A stretch of DNA of 64,000 nucleotides from Ylistrum balloti (Eukaryota): positions 124,001 through 188,000 of the forward strand of contig NW_026782116.1 of assembly GCF_031769215.1 (NCBI RefSeq), given 5' to 3'. This document shows positions 1 through 13,868 of the stretch, one piece after another. The notes beneath the pieces are model-generated. The model was not told the origin of the DNA, ran no database searches, and saw nothing but the letters and a program-made list of their open reading frames with translations. A program made the position numbers and the translations under genes. Position 1 is the first letter of the stretch; each line of letters starts with the position of its first letter.

Positions 1-222
1 ATGGCTAAAATCACATATTCTGGTTTTAACACAAATGGTGAAATGGTGCATTGGAAAACAAACTTGTTACATAGTATGACTGCCACTTCAAAAAGTCAGG
101 TTGGCAAGGTTACTGTATTTTAACTGATCTTACTGCTGTGCTTATTCCTCTAACAAACTGCTATTTGAGAGACAAGTGAAATAACTATACGGTGCAAAAT
201 AGCATTCAATAAAACAACATAC

Positions 223-377
223 CATACTGTAATCTACCCCACTAGACAAAGTGTGTCGTCGTGCTGAGTTCTGTCTGCGCACTGTAGCCCCTGATTTCTG
301 TGGGAGGGAGCTGGAACTTTTGGTCTTAGTATCTGAATCACTGCCATGAGACACCCGGCCAGCCTGCTCGATATTAG
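223..377 (-). CDS. SAPCD2: SAPCD2-like, next coding exon (gene continues beyond the left edge)
   Basis: Acceptor ttatacag|CT joins in phase with the upstream exon (G+CT = Ala). Encodes ...RRHTLSSGVDYSM, the conserved RRHT-x-x-GVD motif that precedes the SAPCD2 coiled coil. Donor ATG|gtatgt at 223/222. Confidence 0.85.
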
Positions 378-1216
378 CTGTATAATGAGGAAAAAAAATT
401 CACATGTTTGTACCTTTAAAGTTATGGAATAAATAAAGATAAAACTATAACTGTGACTTTAAGGTCAGTGAACAAACACCTTCCGACTAAGCAGAAGAAA
501 CATTGCCTGCTGCTGGACCTATATATATGACCTGTAATATGAACTTTTGCATTACTACCTCCTTCACAACTCTGCCTACAATAAAGTTGCTGAGGACCAA
601 GAACTTCCCACTGTCCTACAATTTACACTTAAGACTTGTAAGAATCTGTATTGTATATTAGTATAAAATATCGTGCCCATGCTTGGGATCAAACAAGTGA
701 CTTGTCTGTTCTCTAAGTAAGCAAACATCCTCATGTCAAAGCTAGTAATCATATCACAGCCTATAGAACCAAATGATATTACAATAATACGGTTTTAGAT
801 CATTGATCTATCTATCACATTTCATTCAGTTTAAATAATGGATTCTTGCATGTTTCTGTGCAATCTCTGTTCCCCGTAGAATTGTCTTTGTTTGACACTT
901 TGATGTTTCATGAGTGCACACCCAAACAAGAAATATTCTATTTATTATCATGATTCACAGTGCATTGAAGCCAGTCAGAATTTGTCACTCTGTCTATAAG
1001 CATGCTCTTTTATCATAACTCTGTCAGATAATACAGTTTTAAATCGAAGATCCAATTCTTCAAATAATTTAATTCAAGGTAAGTAAACACCAAACATAAA
1101 TGTTCTAATGATAAATTCAGATTGACCTTATCCTAAATCAGGAGTTTTCTGCTGTTGTCATTCCATAAATTTAAAATGCACAGGACTAATACTTTCACTG
1201 TAAATGGTGTGATCTG

Positions 1217-1455
1217 GCCCCACTTGTATAAAACATCTCAACTTGAGATTTCCTCAAGTCGAGATTTTCCTCAGCTAATATCTCCTTGAAAATATCTTGT
1301 ATGAAAATTCCTCAAGGAATTTCAGGACATCCTAGCTGATGACTTCCTCCTGTTCCTTGAGAAAATTTTATACAAGCCGTTTTTGAGGAGATATCAGCTG
1401 AGGAAAATCTCGACTTGAGGAAATCTCAAGTTGAGATGCTTTATACAAGTGGGGC
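1217..1455. mobile_element. MITE, 239 bp, with 70-bp terminal inverted repeats; PIF/Harbinger-like
   Basis: Left arm GCCCCACTTGTATAAAACATCTCAACTTGAG... matches the reverse complement of the right arm at 68/70 positions. Flanked by direct CTG (1214-1216 and 1456-1458), a candidate 3-bp target-site duplication. Confidence 0.85.
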
Positions 1456-4400
1456 CTGATTGGTCAAAAATGAATGAAAATACCAAGACTTATTTTCACT
1501 CAGGAAAAATATCACTTAAATTTCCACTGCAAAAAATATTTCACTTCAAAAAAGTAAATAATTGCAAAGTAACTTCTTAAATACATGGATACCTGTTGTT
1601 TTCATTAAAGATGATTTTATAAATCTCTCTTTATTTGCTTGGCAGAAATGAGTGAAAGGAAGACGAAAATTACCATGTTTCTACTAAACCATAAACAGCT
1701 TAGATACACACCAATACAACAGGTACATTTTGTCTGATCTTTACAACCCCTCCTCTAGTTTTGTAGGTTACAGTTTTTAGATATCAAATGAATGTCAACA
1801 CAAAATGTCAATGCAACAAAGCCTTGTAAAATCCCATCGATCAGGTCCCTGAACTATTAAAGGACCTTTAAATAAGCCCTCTTTGGGTTATTTATATTGT
1901 TCTAGCCAGTCAAATCTTTAAATCTGAATCCCTTTCACTACCTGTAAGCATAAATCTGCCATCATTCACATTTCATTTGATATTTAAAAAAAAAATATAG
2001 TCCTTGTACTCTTTGTGTATCAATCTTCATGTTTTATGAAACTTTAAAGGAAAATGCAAATATTTTGTCCTTTATTTGTATCAAACATAAAAAGTTGGCA
2101 AGCTAAAGGAGAAGGAAGATATGGACAACTAAATTCTGTTTTACACAAATGTTTTTGAATTAATTTTTTTTTAAATTTGTAATAAACTTGACTGTCCTGA
2201 ATGTGTTTTACAAAGTAACTCAAATAAAACACACACACATCATAGCTTTGTTCTTTAAATCCATTTTCCTTCTCTTGTCCCTCATGTTCCCCTCATGGTT
2301 CATTTCATTTTTTTCCTAACACAAGGATAAATCCTATGTGATCAAATCTTCTTAGTTTTTTTCACTGGAAACTCAACAGTGTTACCAGGTAAGCACTTTT
2401 CCTTCAATGTCTAGACTGAAGGTTTTACACAGTACAGGAAACTACTGTGAGCAACACAAGGTCAATCTAACTTTACACACAGTAATGAATCAATGTCTCA
2501 AAATAAATGTTGGTGAATATACAGAATCATTTAAAAAGTTAAATTGATCTCCATTTAAAACTGACAAAGCTTTGAATCTTTAATCATTGACAGAATAATG
2601 TTTCCAGATTTCTTTACAGTCACACAACACTCTACTGTTAGAGAATCGGTTGGCTAGTGTACTGAGAATTATTCAAGTGGTATCTCGTCAATTGTGTTTA
2701 ATCCTAAACAAATTGCCCTGTGTAAACATGTCTGTAGAAAAACTGTTCAATGTTTTTGCTCAGTTCCCAATCCAACAGAAACTAACATAATCCGATGCTG
2801 TGAATACACTTTTGAGGTGAAAAGAAATACACTGTACTAATGGTTTCTCAAGATGTCAGCTATATGAACTGAAATTTACCGTTGTTTATAAAAATGAACA
2901 TAGTCATGTGAACAGCCATAAATAAATCCTAACCGAAATCTGATGAGTATCACAAAACTAACTTAAAAATGCAAGTGTTTAAAAAAGTATAGCTGTATAG
3001 CTAATAGGATTTACTGTTAAATTTTGAAGAAGTGCACTTGAATGTCATTTTAACAAATCATGATCTCTCAGTATCAATTAAGATTTCACACATGGAAATT
3101 TCTGCTCATATTCTTTGGTAATTTTGGGTGCTTTTTATATTTACTTTAAATACAAAAACACTGAGAATTATATTGTAAATTTCATATTATTCGCATGATT
3201 TGATTCTCAATAGAAGCAAATTCTATATTAAATACTGAGAGAACTATAAATAACCAACAAATTCACAGGTAGTTAAAGGGAAAAACATTAATTTCATTAC
3301 AGAATGTAGGTGTTTTCATACATTTACATTTCTATGATATCCAGATATCCAGATATCCATAGTTTCCAATGTCCAGCTTGACCACTAATTTAACAATGAT
3401 AATATTACGTTTTGAAAAGGAGGTGGTTCATTTTGAAAGCATGAACGCATGATGCCAGGCAGAAATGACAGCAACAGCATTAACCTGTTTATGTGCATAT
3501 TTCAGCGAAAACCAACTGCCATTGTTCATAGAAGGTGACACATATGATATATAAATATGCAATAAAAAAATAGGTGAAAAAACTTGTTTTACCATGATGT
3601 CGCTATTAACATAGATAATAGCATCCATTCCTAATCCAAGATACATTCATTCATAGGTATTTTACTGAACAAATAATCATTTTGGAGGCAATACCTGTAT
3701 ACCAGAATATGTTCAACATTTTAAACCCTTAGATTTAGTTTCTACTGAAATTTGATGTTTATTAGCCTTCAACAATTTACACTAGCAGGGCATATACCTT
3801 AAGATGTTTGAATTAATTTCAATGATAAGTTTGTTTTTAGATGTCATTAGCTGATCCTTACATCAACTTCACTACACTGAACATAACATATTAATCCTGC
3901 AGCAAGCCAAGCTTGCTAACATCTGACTTTTTACTAAGCAAGAGGGTGTGGGCATATTGTGGGACAATGAAATAGCACTGATTACATTTAACTATGTTAA
4001 TGAGTGGTCTTATTACCAGGTATGGGCTTATCATTGAATAAATACACTTATCAAATAATTTAAGGAGGTGAGAACTATCTCTACAGACGTCCTTATTAAC
4101 AGTGCTCTACACCTGGGCTAATTACGAGTAAAGGGTTATGTTACATTTAATTCACGTCTGTTTGTACCATTAATGCCCAATTTGAAGCAATGTGCAAGAT
4201 TTTATCAGACAATTACGAGCTCTCAGTGCAATCATTGCATATCAAATTAACTGTTCGTGTAGCTTTAAGTGAAGATTTTCTTTTCTTTTGCAGATTGATC
4301 GGCAAGATCATTAAAGTCGCAAATCACTTTAATAACGACATTGGTATAAAATTCTCTAAGGTTGCAGATCTTGTCAGAAGGCAAATGCATGTAGCAGACA

Positions 4401-6394
4401 GAAAACAAATTGATAGAACATGTGCCAAAATATTCCAGCTTAAAACTTGGAGTTCAGGTGAAGTGTAGATTTGTATTCTCTTGAACAAATCAAGATATAA
4501 GTCGGTGAAATTTTACTATTAGGTGTAAGATGTCCTTGCTTGTCAGCTTTATTAACTACCTACACTGATGTAGAGATTTTTAGATACATTAAGAAGCATG
4601 AATATAAAAATAAACCATCTCTTGATGACAAACAGAAAATGCGGCCCTATCATAACTTACAAAGAATAAGGTATATGATAATGGTTTGTTTACTGATAAA
4701 TTTTGCAATAGACTTTTTAAGATGCATTTTCATTTTTGTTTGCAACATTTTTACCTTTCAACCAAATATGATCATGAATTCATATAAATTATTTCATCAT
4801 AGATACATTACATGACATCATCTAATAAGAATGATTTATTTTCATTATATAATTATATTTTTTTAACAACTTTTTAAAATCTGCTGAAATCATATCTAAA
4901 CCCTGTCAGATGATTTACAGTACTTGCTTTGATTGGTATCTCAATAAATCAAATATTTAGTATTAGAGTGTGATCAAAGACTTCATTAATTTCCCAACAA
5001 AAAGCAACCCTACATGGCTTTCAATGCCAACATACATGTTCCAGCATCATTTCATAGGCCAAACATAGCATGGAGATCGTGTAAAACATAAACATATCAG
5101 TTTTCTGGAATACCGTTACTGAATTCTTATTGCTAAGATACTTAAACCAGTCTAATACAGGATAATAGTACCACTAGTTTGATAAACAAGAGCTTTTTAA
5201 AAAACTCCAACCCTGATTATAGATTACCTGATAAGTATTTCTGGTAAAAACAGGCCAGAGATGACTAGGTACAACCTAGATCTGATATTGTATATACCGA
5301 GCGGGTATACCTAATTACAGTACTGGCCAAGTTCAGTACCAAAAAGAACTTCTAGTATTATAAATGTGTTATTATTACCTGATGCTATATATCACATATC
5401 TGCTTTCCTGATATCATATACCTATGTGATCATATTTAGAGTTCTGTCCAAATGGTGGCTATAAGAAAGGAAATCAGAAAGGACACTCTGTGTGATACAT
5501 GTTTGGCACGGAGTTAAGACATTGACACAGCATATCAGGGTGATTTCAGAGGTGACAATCTGAGAGTGACACTAATCAAGCCCTTTATTTACCTTACCCT
5601 GACATAGGTAATAACATACTGGGATCCTTTCAAAACTGACCAGACTGGTTTTACACTTACATAACAGCAAGGTTGGTATTTCCCGGCCTCTAACTTATAC
5701 ACACTATAAATGGATTATGGTACCTCATCTACCACTTATTTGTACAATAACCAGCCAATAAATGTAAAAGGTCTAGCTTTCACCCTTCAACCCTGATTCA
5801 CAACTTGACAAAACCTTCCTAACAAAAAAAGGTGAATAAGATCTTTAAATCTTGTTCTGTAAGGCTTTTTTAATCTAATATTTTTTTCTTGATTGGTTGA
5901 AGAATTTTCTTTTACTGGAGACTTTTCATTACTGGATTTTCCTGGAATAAGCTCACAGAAAAATACACCTGTATTTCATAAAATACCTGTAAACATGTAT
6001 GAATTACATCAAGATATCAACCTTCAGGTTTAATCAATTATGACTAAACCTTGACTTTTGATTCAATTCACTGAGCTTCATTATAAGGATTTCAACAGGA
6101 TTTCCTTGAAACTTTTTTACCATTCAGAGAAGTTATTGCAAACAAGGAGCTGCAAACTGTGGCATTATCCCTGCATTTAGTTGTTGGTGTAAAACCGAAA
6201 TATGATATAATATTCACCAATACCAAAATAAAACAATCTGTGATGTCACTCAATTATGTACCGCTATTATCACCTGAAGATAAAATACAGCGAAGGTGTT
6301 AGTGCAAAATATATGTCTTTTTTGTCAATTATCAATCAAATTTCCTAACATCTCAACTTCAACATTTTATATCTATAATATAAATATATATATC

Positions 6395-6870
6395 TTGACA
6401 TAGGTCCTGTGTTTGACCTTTGATATTCGAATAGAGCTTGGTATTGTCCATGAACAAATTCATGCATAAGTCTTTAAGATCTAAAGTAATACAAGAAGTC
6501 ACCAGAAATAAAAAATTTTTTAAGGTAACAGAAAAAACATTAAAATGTCCTCAATAAAAATGAAACGCATCTAGGGCACTAACCATATATATACAGAAGG
6601 TTTTGTTGAGTTGAGTGGAATAGTTTTGAAGTTGCAGTCTGGAAAGGAAACTTAACACTAAGTTTGTGTTTTTTTGGCATTTCCATGGTAACACAAAAAT
6701 ACAAAAAATGATATATAGCAAAAGACACAACTAGGGCACTAACTTAATATATACAGCAAGTTTTGTGAAGTTGAATTGAACAGTTTTGAAGTTATAGCCC
6801 CGAAAATCCCTCGGACGGACAGAGCCCAAATTATTATCTCCCGCAAAAAGTGTTTCGCAAAGAATAAAAA
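6395..6870 (-). mobile_element. Helentron/HINE-like non-autonomous element remnant with two ~161-bp core repeats
   Basis: CTAGGGCACTAAC...TATATACAG...GTTTTGAAGTT occurs at about 6570 and 6731, followed by a GGACGGACAG microsatellite-like tract and an A-rich end. Confidence 0.5.
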
Positions 6871-9800
6871 GAACAATAGATCAACCAGAAATGAAGTACC
6901 TATTTAATTGTGCTTTTAAAGTCAATGAATGATGTCATCTGTAAATCTCAGACTGAAAGATAGCAAAATATACATGCAAACCAATTCTGATTGAAATCTA
7001 TTCATATTAAGCAAAGCTATTGCATGGCAAAACACCCCATTTGATATCCCCCTTTTTGAGTTTTTCTTTGCAGTTTCACAATATTACCACAAAATTTCTG
7101 CTCAATGGCACTAGTGGATGTGGAAAACATAATTTAGTATTTTTTTTCAGGATGTGCTATGGCAGCCATATCAGATTTCAAACATACATGACAACACTTG
7201 GCTAGGACCATCTAAAGATCATTTAAGGCGAACTTGAGGTGAATTACATTGGTGGAAACTTTTGAACTTTACAAAAAAAGGTGTTGTTTTGGATATACAT
7301 GAAAGTGCATTTTACAAAAAGGGTTTTTTGCTTGGAAAAACCATGGACAAAATATGATATAGCAGGTCTTTCTGGCCCTAATAGGTTAAATTTTGCCCAC
7401 AGTCATTTCATAATGAGAGCATGCTATCCCATTCCATTGGGAAATGACCAAATACTTTGTACATACATTCTTTAAAGTTTGGTACATATCACATTGAATC
7501 TGAAGTCACTGAATGATCTTCCATTTTCTTTACTTTTGAAGCATGATAAATTGTTACTTGCCTGAAGGTTAAATGTTGAAAAATTAGGTTTTAAGAATAT
7601 ACTTATCACATTTTACATTCTCATCATATAAATCAGATAACAATATGGATTTCTGGGGACTCTTTCATGAATCATTTTTTCTTGATATCCTCTACCATTA
7701 TGTTCTATCTACCTCTCATCATAGTACACATGCATTCAACCATAGATCAAGAGATCCTATCAATGTTCCTTCCTGCAGAAAATTTCACTAATTTCTTAGT
7801 CACGCTTTACAATTGAAAGTAACAACTTCAATTTTATTCCACAATAACTGGTTATGAAGTACTATGACTATCATAAAACTGATGAAATTTCATAAAAGTG
7901 AAGAATACAATGCTCTGAAATGACACAGATGGATCAAAGGCATTAACCATCACTTGGGAGGGTATCAAGTGTCCAGTGGGTAATTTAGGAACAGTTATAA
8001 TAGGCACACCTAAGAGGCAGTGTTATCTGGCCAGGTAAACTATTTACCTGTGTGTACCTTGACAGTTAGATGATATGGTCTAGTAGTCGACAATAATCAG
8101 ATGTTGTGTAGACGACACTTGAGATCTTCATGGTCCATACCAGTAGTACATTACCATATAAAACATTTCAGGTGCTGTCCAATTTTATTGCCCTTATCTA
8201 TGTATAGTAATAGTGGTTTCTCCTCTTTCTTAATTTAACATTTTGAATCTATATAGGGCAAGAATGTAGAAGGAAATACCTTTCTGCAAACGTTAAACAT
8301 TCAAAATTTTATCAAGTGTTTGAAAACTCTTATCTGTTATCCAACTCACTGTTCACATGATGACCTCATCTTTAACGAACAGTTCAAAAGTTTGATTTGA
8401 AAATTATATAGGGCAAGACTGTTAACACAGGATGTAGAATAGAAAACTTTATCTTTTAGGTCTAGGTATAACTAGATATCAACCAAATCATAGATAATTT
8501 AATATACATTAACCACAGATTTATTAATAACTATAAACACATTAAATTTTATAACAAGTCATGGTGTCAGGTCCTTCCTTTGAAAGCAAAGAAATAAAAT
8601 CAAGAATGTTTGATCTAGCAAAAACTGATTTCTCCTGAAGTTTTTCTTTCTTTTTGTTATAATTAATTCCTTTATAAAGAATTACAAGCTTAATGGCATA
8701 AAGTCATTGTAACAACTATGCCCTGTGGGTTTAAAAAGTTAATCTATCAGTGGAACCGAGTGAGATTGCCTTAGGTTGAATACCTATACAGATTAGACAG
8801 TGGCGACAATTACCTGTACAATCTAATCCAAATAAAACAACAGGTTATTATTTAGGAACAGATAAACATCAAATGTTTTTATCTAGTTTTCAGAACCTGT
8901 CACAGATAACTATATCAGCTGACAGGTATGGGATATCTAATATATTTATCATTTATTCTGGATTTTATATACTTTGTATGAGATCATATTTGACATCAAG
9001 AAGCTACTATTATTTTGAATCTGGCAAAAAACATTTTGGAAAATAGTGTTGACGACATAAACTTCACTGACATTGTAAATTAACACACTGATATAACAGT
9101 TTCAGTTTTTTTTTTTTTAAATATTGAAACCAAGACTGTAAAGCAGTTGATATCATGCTTGTGAACAGTACATCATATCCTGTACAACAACAATGAGGAT
9201 GCAGCTGCCATAACTTTGGAGGCATGCAGTCATGAAAAAATGTACATATAAAAATAGGACACAGTATACCTTTTAAACAGTTATGTACTACTAATGTCTC
9301 CAAGTACATATAACTTAAACAGAAACATATTGTCATGGTTGTATAATTAATACCATTTGTACAATGGAACTCCTTTGAACCTACTATGCATGGGACATGA
9401 ATATTTGGTCGGTTTAAGAAGGGTTCGGTTTGTAGAAATGAAGCATGCTGACCAGTCCACATCCTGATATAATTAAAATGATTCTGTTCTGTATGTTACA
9501 TTAACCATTCCATTTAAAGAACAATCAGAAAAAGCTTTAGAATTAAAGAATAAAAATATTTTGGGAAAGTAGAAAAAACATAAATACCTGTATACTCTAT
9601 GTGGCTTTGGTCAAAAAGAAATCAGTTTATTACCCATTAAGATTAAGATGCAAAATTGCATCAGTACTTAATTCACTTTTCCTGTAACCAATTCTCACAT
9701 CGGTGAAACAATGAATTTGTTTGATATGGCTTCAATTTTTTAATAGAGATAACATGCATTACAATTATTATAATCCTCCAAACCTGGGATGAAGTCTACC

Positions 9801-10168
9801 CATGGTAGGTGTACATATTGGGGGTAAAGCTTACAATTGTCACCACAGCTGTTGATTTCATGGTAAGCAGGTCGGAACTTGGGTCCTGATCATTTGTGTA
9901 AGGCCTGTTTTCAGAAGTAATTTTCAGTATATTTCAATTACTTGGGACACAAATTTGGTTTGGTACTCAGAATTGAGAGGAATCGGTCTTGGGAAGGTTT
10001 TTTTTACTACAATAAAGAGGATGTTACTCCATACATGACCACAACCTTTGGTTTCAAGAGGTGATCGGATTTGAGAAGGATCGGCTTAGGGAAGCTGCAC
10101 TGTATAATATTAATTACACTCTTGTTTATTTATTCAAATACATCAACTTATGTTTTGTAGTTCCTTAC

Positions 10169-11090
10169 CGTAATTTCCTGAGGCCGATGCTTGATTATTT
10201 TGAGGCAACAGGTGTAAATCACAATTTGCTTGATGGAAATGTTCTTTTTTTGTAACTGGTACGGGTCCAGGTTCATTTACTCTCCGCTGCCAATTCTTCA
10301 ATTCACTTATAATACGCTTATTACTTTTGTCCCTTGGAGGAACTTGAGGTGGGTTTGCTCCATTTGTATTTTGATTATCTTTTACAGAGTCGGAAGATTT
10401 AGAAATTGGTGAAACTGGAACATCATGATGAGAATTATGTGATGAAACCTTTTCTCTTGGATGGTATTTTTCTTGATGATCCATAATATCTTTTCTAATA
10501 TTGCTTCGATCATGTAATGCATTCAGTACATTATTTGGTTTCACAGCTGCAGTATTGATTGTGTGGTATCTATTTTGGTGTAAAGCACTATGACTAGATC
10601 TCTTTGGAGGCTGAGGAACATCACTTCGTGTCTGGCTTGTTCTCCTGATAACATTTTCGGATCTATTTTCCTTTTCTTGTATGTGCTTACCATCACTGTT
10701 ATCGCCTTGTCTTCTGGGATCAAACTTTACGTGGTTATTATGCGTACGATGTTCAGGCTTTTGATGGTGATCAATTGTTCTGGAGTCTCTACTTGTTAAC
10801 ATGGCAAGTTTCAAACCGGCGACGAATCTGTCAAAACTAAGGTAACCGTTTTGAGGAGTTACTTTTCGTAAAGCTTCGATAACCCCGCTTGGTAGCCCCT
10901 GCACCCCTTCCTCGTGCCATCTGCTTTCGATGTCGACAAATCTGACATAACCACACCGCTGTTCGTCCAAAATGTCGAAAAGGACACGAAGTGATTTCAC
11001 AAATTGTTTCGGTAACCCTTCAATGCTATTCCATGCTGTTACACTTGTCATATCGACTTTCGGATGTTTCTTACTCCAACTACCTGACAT
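10169..11090 (-). CDS. SAPCD2: Suppressor APC domain-containing protein (SAPCD2-like), first coding exon
   Basis: Motif EGLPKQFVKSLRVLFDILDEQRCGYVRFVDIESRW...LRKVTPQNGYLSFDRFVAGLK matches the N-terminal Suppressor-APC domain. The ORF-track start (11177) is TTG; first ATG is 11090, second 11051. Donor TAC G|gtaagg at 10169/10168 (phase 1). Confidence 0.88.
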
Positions 11091-11519
11091 CGACACATCT
11101 CTCGCACCGACTGACTGACAGCGTCTAGTAGGTCTACTTTTGTTTTGATTGGATATGTGCCTCTGAGGTCGGTACAATTTACAAACTGACTTGATGGAAC
11201 CGAAATTAAGATATTGTTGGAAAGATAAAAAAAACCTGTGTATTTATTACTATTTTAGTATTCCATTAAATTAATTTATGATTCTTACAGGGAAATCTTG
11301 ATAGAAAAAGTTATGGAATATATTGATAGAACATATTTTGTTTTATCCAATTTACATCATTTGCTAGTGTGAAAAATATATATATCCTACTACTCTCAAA
11401 CAGATACAATCATAACATTATCGATGTTTTCATGTTTACAAAGTTAATTGCATATACAATTAAATGCATACTTTATGATTGATAATAATATAATTGTCTT
11501 TGAAATTATAGCCATAGTA

Positions 11520-11950
11520 ATGATCCCATTATAGTGAATCTACGTTTAGAGATTAGGTGAGATATCAGGAGCCATTTTGATTCTGGACGCGACGAAAGGT
11601 AATGTAATCACCACCGTGTGAAATTGTTTTTTTTTTCCCTCTCGACAATTTGCATGGGGTTGCGTACAATATATTAGCTATTTTGTTTTGTTTTCTTGCA
11701 GAAAAAAGTCATGTTTAGCAAGAGTAGCACTACGTTACTCGGGCGATTATCGTTACACGCAAAACAATCTAGCTTTCCGACTCGGTAATCAAACCGGTTT
11801 TATAAATGGTGCACGCTAAAAAAATCAGTATGGCCTATTTTTCTTCCGCATTCCCGAGGCACGTTAGCACTAAGGCACTTTTGGATACACTAAGTCTATG
11901 TACTGCACATAGCGTAAACATATATTTCCTTATGTTATTGTCGGCTCATG
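11520..11950. promoter_or_regulatory. CpG-enriched putative bidirectional promoter region with candidate non-coding first exon of the plus-strand zinc-finger gene
   Basis: Local CpG excess against a CpG-poor background. YY1-like GCCATTTTG at 11571. Donor AAAG|gtaatg at 11598/11599. Lies between two divergent genes. Confidence 0.5.
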
Positions 11951-13089
11951 GAAGTTTAAAAAAAATATATCTCCTCTAAAATAAAAAATTAGTTTTGTTA
12001 TTCACATTTGTTATTCTGTGATAGAAACGCATCCATCATGGATGCGGTGAATTCAACAGTGATTCCTGCAACGTACCCAGATTCATGGGTTCATTTAAAA
12101 CCAGAACAAGTTTATTTGCCTCCCTGGTCTTTTCAGACCTTACAGTTGGCCTTTTCTAAACCATTCTAGTGTTTTGCCTTTTCTCCTCTTTAGCTTAGAA
12201 ATTCAGTTGGGCTGCCATTACAAGTTATACTAATAACAGCCTTGTACTGTGAAGTGCTACCCAAAACAACCTGTTACAGTTCAGTTTAGTTATTTCATTT
12301 ACTGAATATTTTTCTACTAACTTGCATATTTGTCACAGCATTTAAAGGTTGTAAACCAAGTATTTCCACCCATTTTCCTTGACAACTTTAATTTCCAGCA
12401 AATTTACAATGACTGTCATCATGCACAATCTCGCAAGAATTAGCTTTTTGATAGGTTTAGAACCACAAGTCTAATAATAATAAATAAGACCAGATGTTTT
12501 TGGAAGAAGAATGTTTAGTTCTGGTAAGCATTGTTTTACCACAGTTATCTGTCTTGTACTGACAAAAACTCTCTTTATGCTCATTTTTCACAGCTGCATA
12601 TAAAATAATGTTGAATTGAATGTGATACTGCATGGTATTGCTTGCTCAAAGTCTGTTATTAATAATTAAGACATCAGCCTTGGTCAACCGAAGCCTGACA
12701 TAGTCTGAAAAGTCATGAATGCCTTACTTTTTCAATCTTATGATTAGTGCTTGAATGGTTAGTAAAAATGCCAACTGGATAATCAGCTCTTACTAAATGA
12801 ATCTTAATTGGTTAATTTTGCTGTACATGTCACTGATAGTGGTCATCAGATAATTGAAATGCCATCATCAACACTTAGGAGGTACCAACCAAACCAAGAC
12901 CCATGTTCTGGCTCTAATTTTGGGGAGCACAGCAACAGCATGGTAGCATGGTATAGATGTTCATTCACTGTCAAGAAAATGGCTGTTGTATTGGACACTG
13001 AAGCATGTATGTATATTGCTACAATGTTGTAGCTTTGACAGCACTAAAATTTTATATACAATAAGCACAAAATTTGCCTTTATCTGGTT

Positions 13090-13868
13090 TTCACCAACAG
13101 GTAATAGAGTAGGCCTTAGGCCTATTGTGAAAGAAGGACATGAAGACAGGTAATAGGTTCAGGTTACCAAAGGAAATGTCACATAACGTTTGTCGGAAGT
13201 TATGATTCTTGATATTGGAGGTTTGAAGTGGAAACGGATACAGATCTAAAAGGAAGTAGTCCCAGTACCAGATTAATAGATTGTCAAGCTTCTTCACAGA
13301 TCCTGCCAAACACAGTATTTGGAAAATTTGCGCAGCATTACCTGGCAAAAGTTCTTGTCTGATCCTATATTCACAAAAGCTCAAAGGAAAGTCTTAAAAA
13401 TATCTGATGAAATTTGATTGACTGGAGTTATTTTCACTATTTGACAAGATAACCTATTTTCTATTAGATGTTAGTATTAATGTCATCATGTTGTATTTCT
13501 TCTGTGAAATCCTACTCCTCCTGTAGGAATGAATGGATATTGCCAACTTTGGTCTGAAGCAGTCTTGTTTTTTTATAATCAGGGGGTCTCAATGCCCAGG
13601 GGTAGCAAGGAAAGGACCCATGATATGGGAAATAGAGCAAATTCTTTAAAACCCTTTTTAAGTAGGAAGGGCAAGATTTTGTCTCACTTTGTCTGAAGCA
13701 TGGTTGGCTGATCCCTCGGGTCAGTAGGAGGATTTGGGCCAAATATGAAAGTAAATATGTTCTGTTATGTATGCTTGGATATTTAGAATTCTTTTTCCTT
13801 TAGTTTTGATCAAGCAATTAGCCAAGCAAAGTCCAGTTAGTGATACAGGTCCTATGGGCCTCTTGTTT
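13090..13868 (+). mobile_element. HINE-like element remnant (same family as 61.7-62.7 kb)
   Basis: Shares GGAAATAGAGCAAATTCTTTAAAA and TACTCCTCCTGTAGGAATGAATGG with 62.1 kb. Palindrome TAGGCCT-T-AGGCCTA near 13108. End motif CAGGTCCTATGGGCCTCTTGTTT. Left boundary uncertain. Confidence 0.5.

Noticed and set aside
1590-9590. At least 15 CAGGTA/TACCTG hexamers in the SAPCD2 intron (a rough base-composition estimate gives 3-4); possible ZEB/Zelda-type enhancer cluster
   Set aside because: Similar density appears elsewhere (about 5 between 13 and 15.7 kb), so it looks like a window-wide bias rather than a local cluster.
11091-11177. ORF-track N-terminal extension of SAPCD2
   Set aside because: Begins at TTG, which is not a normal eukaryotic start; ATG 11090 or 11051 preferred.
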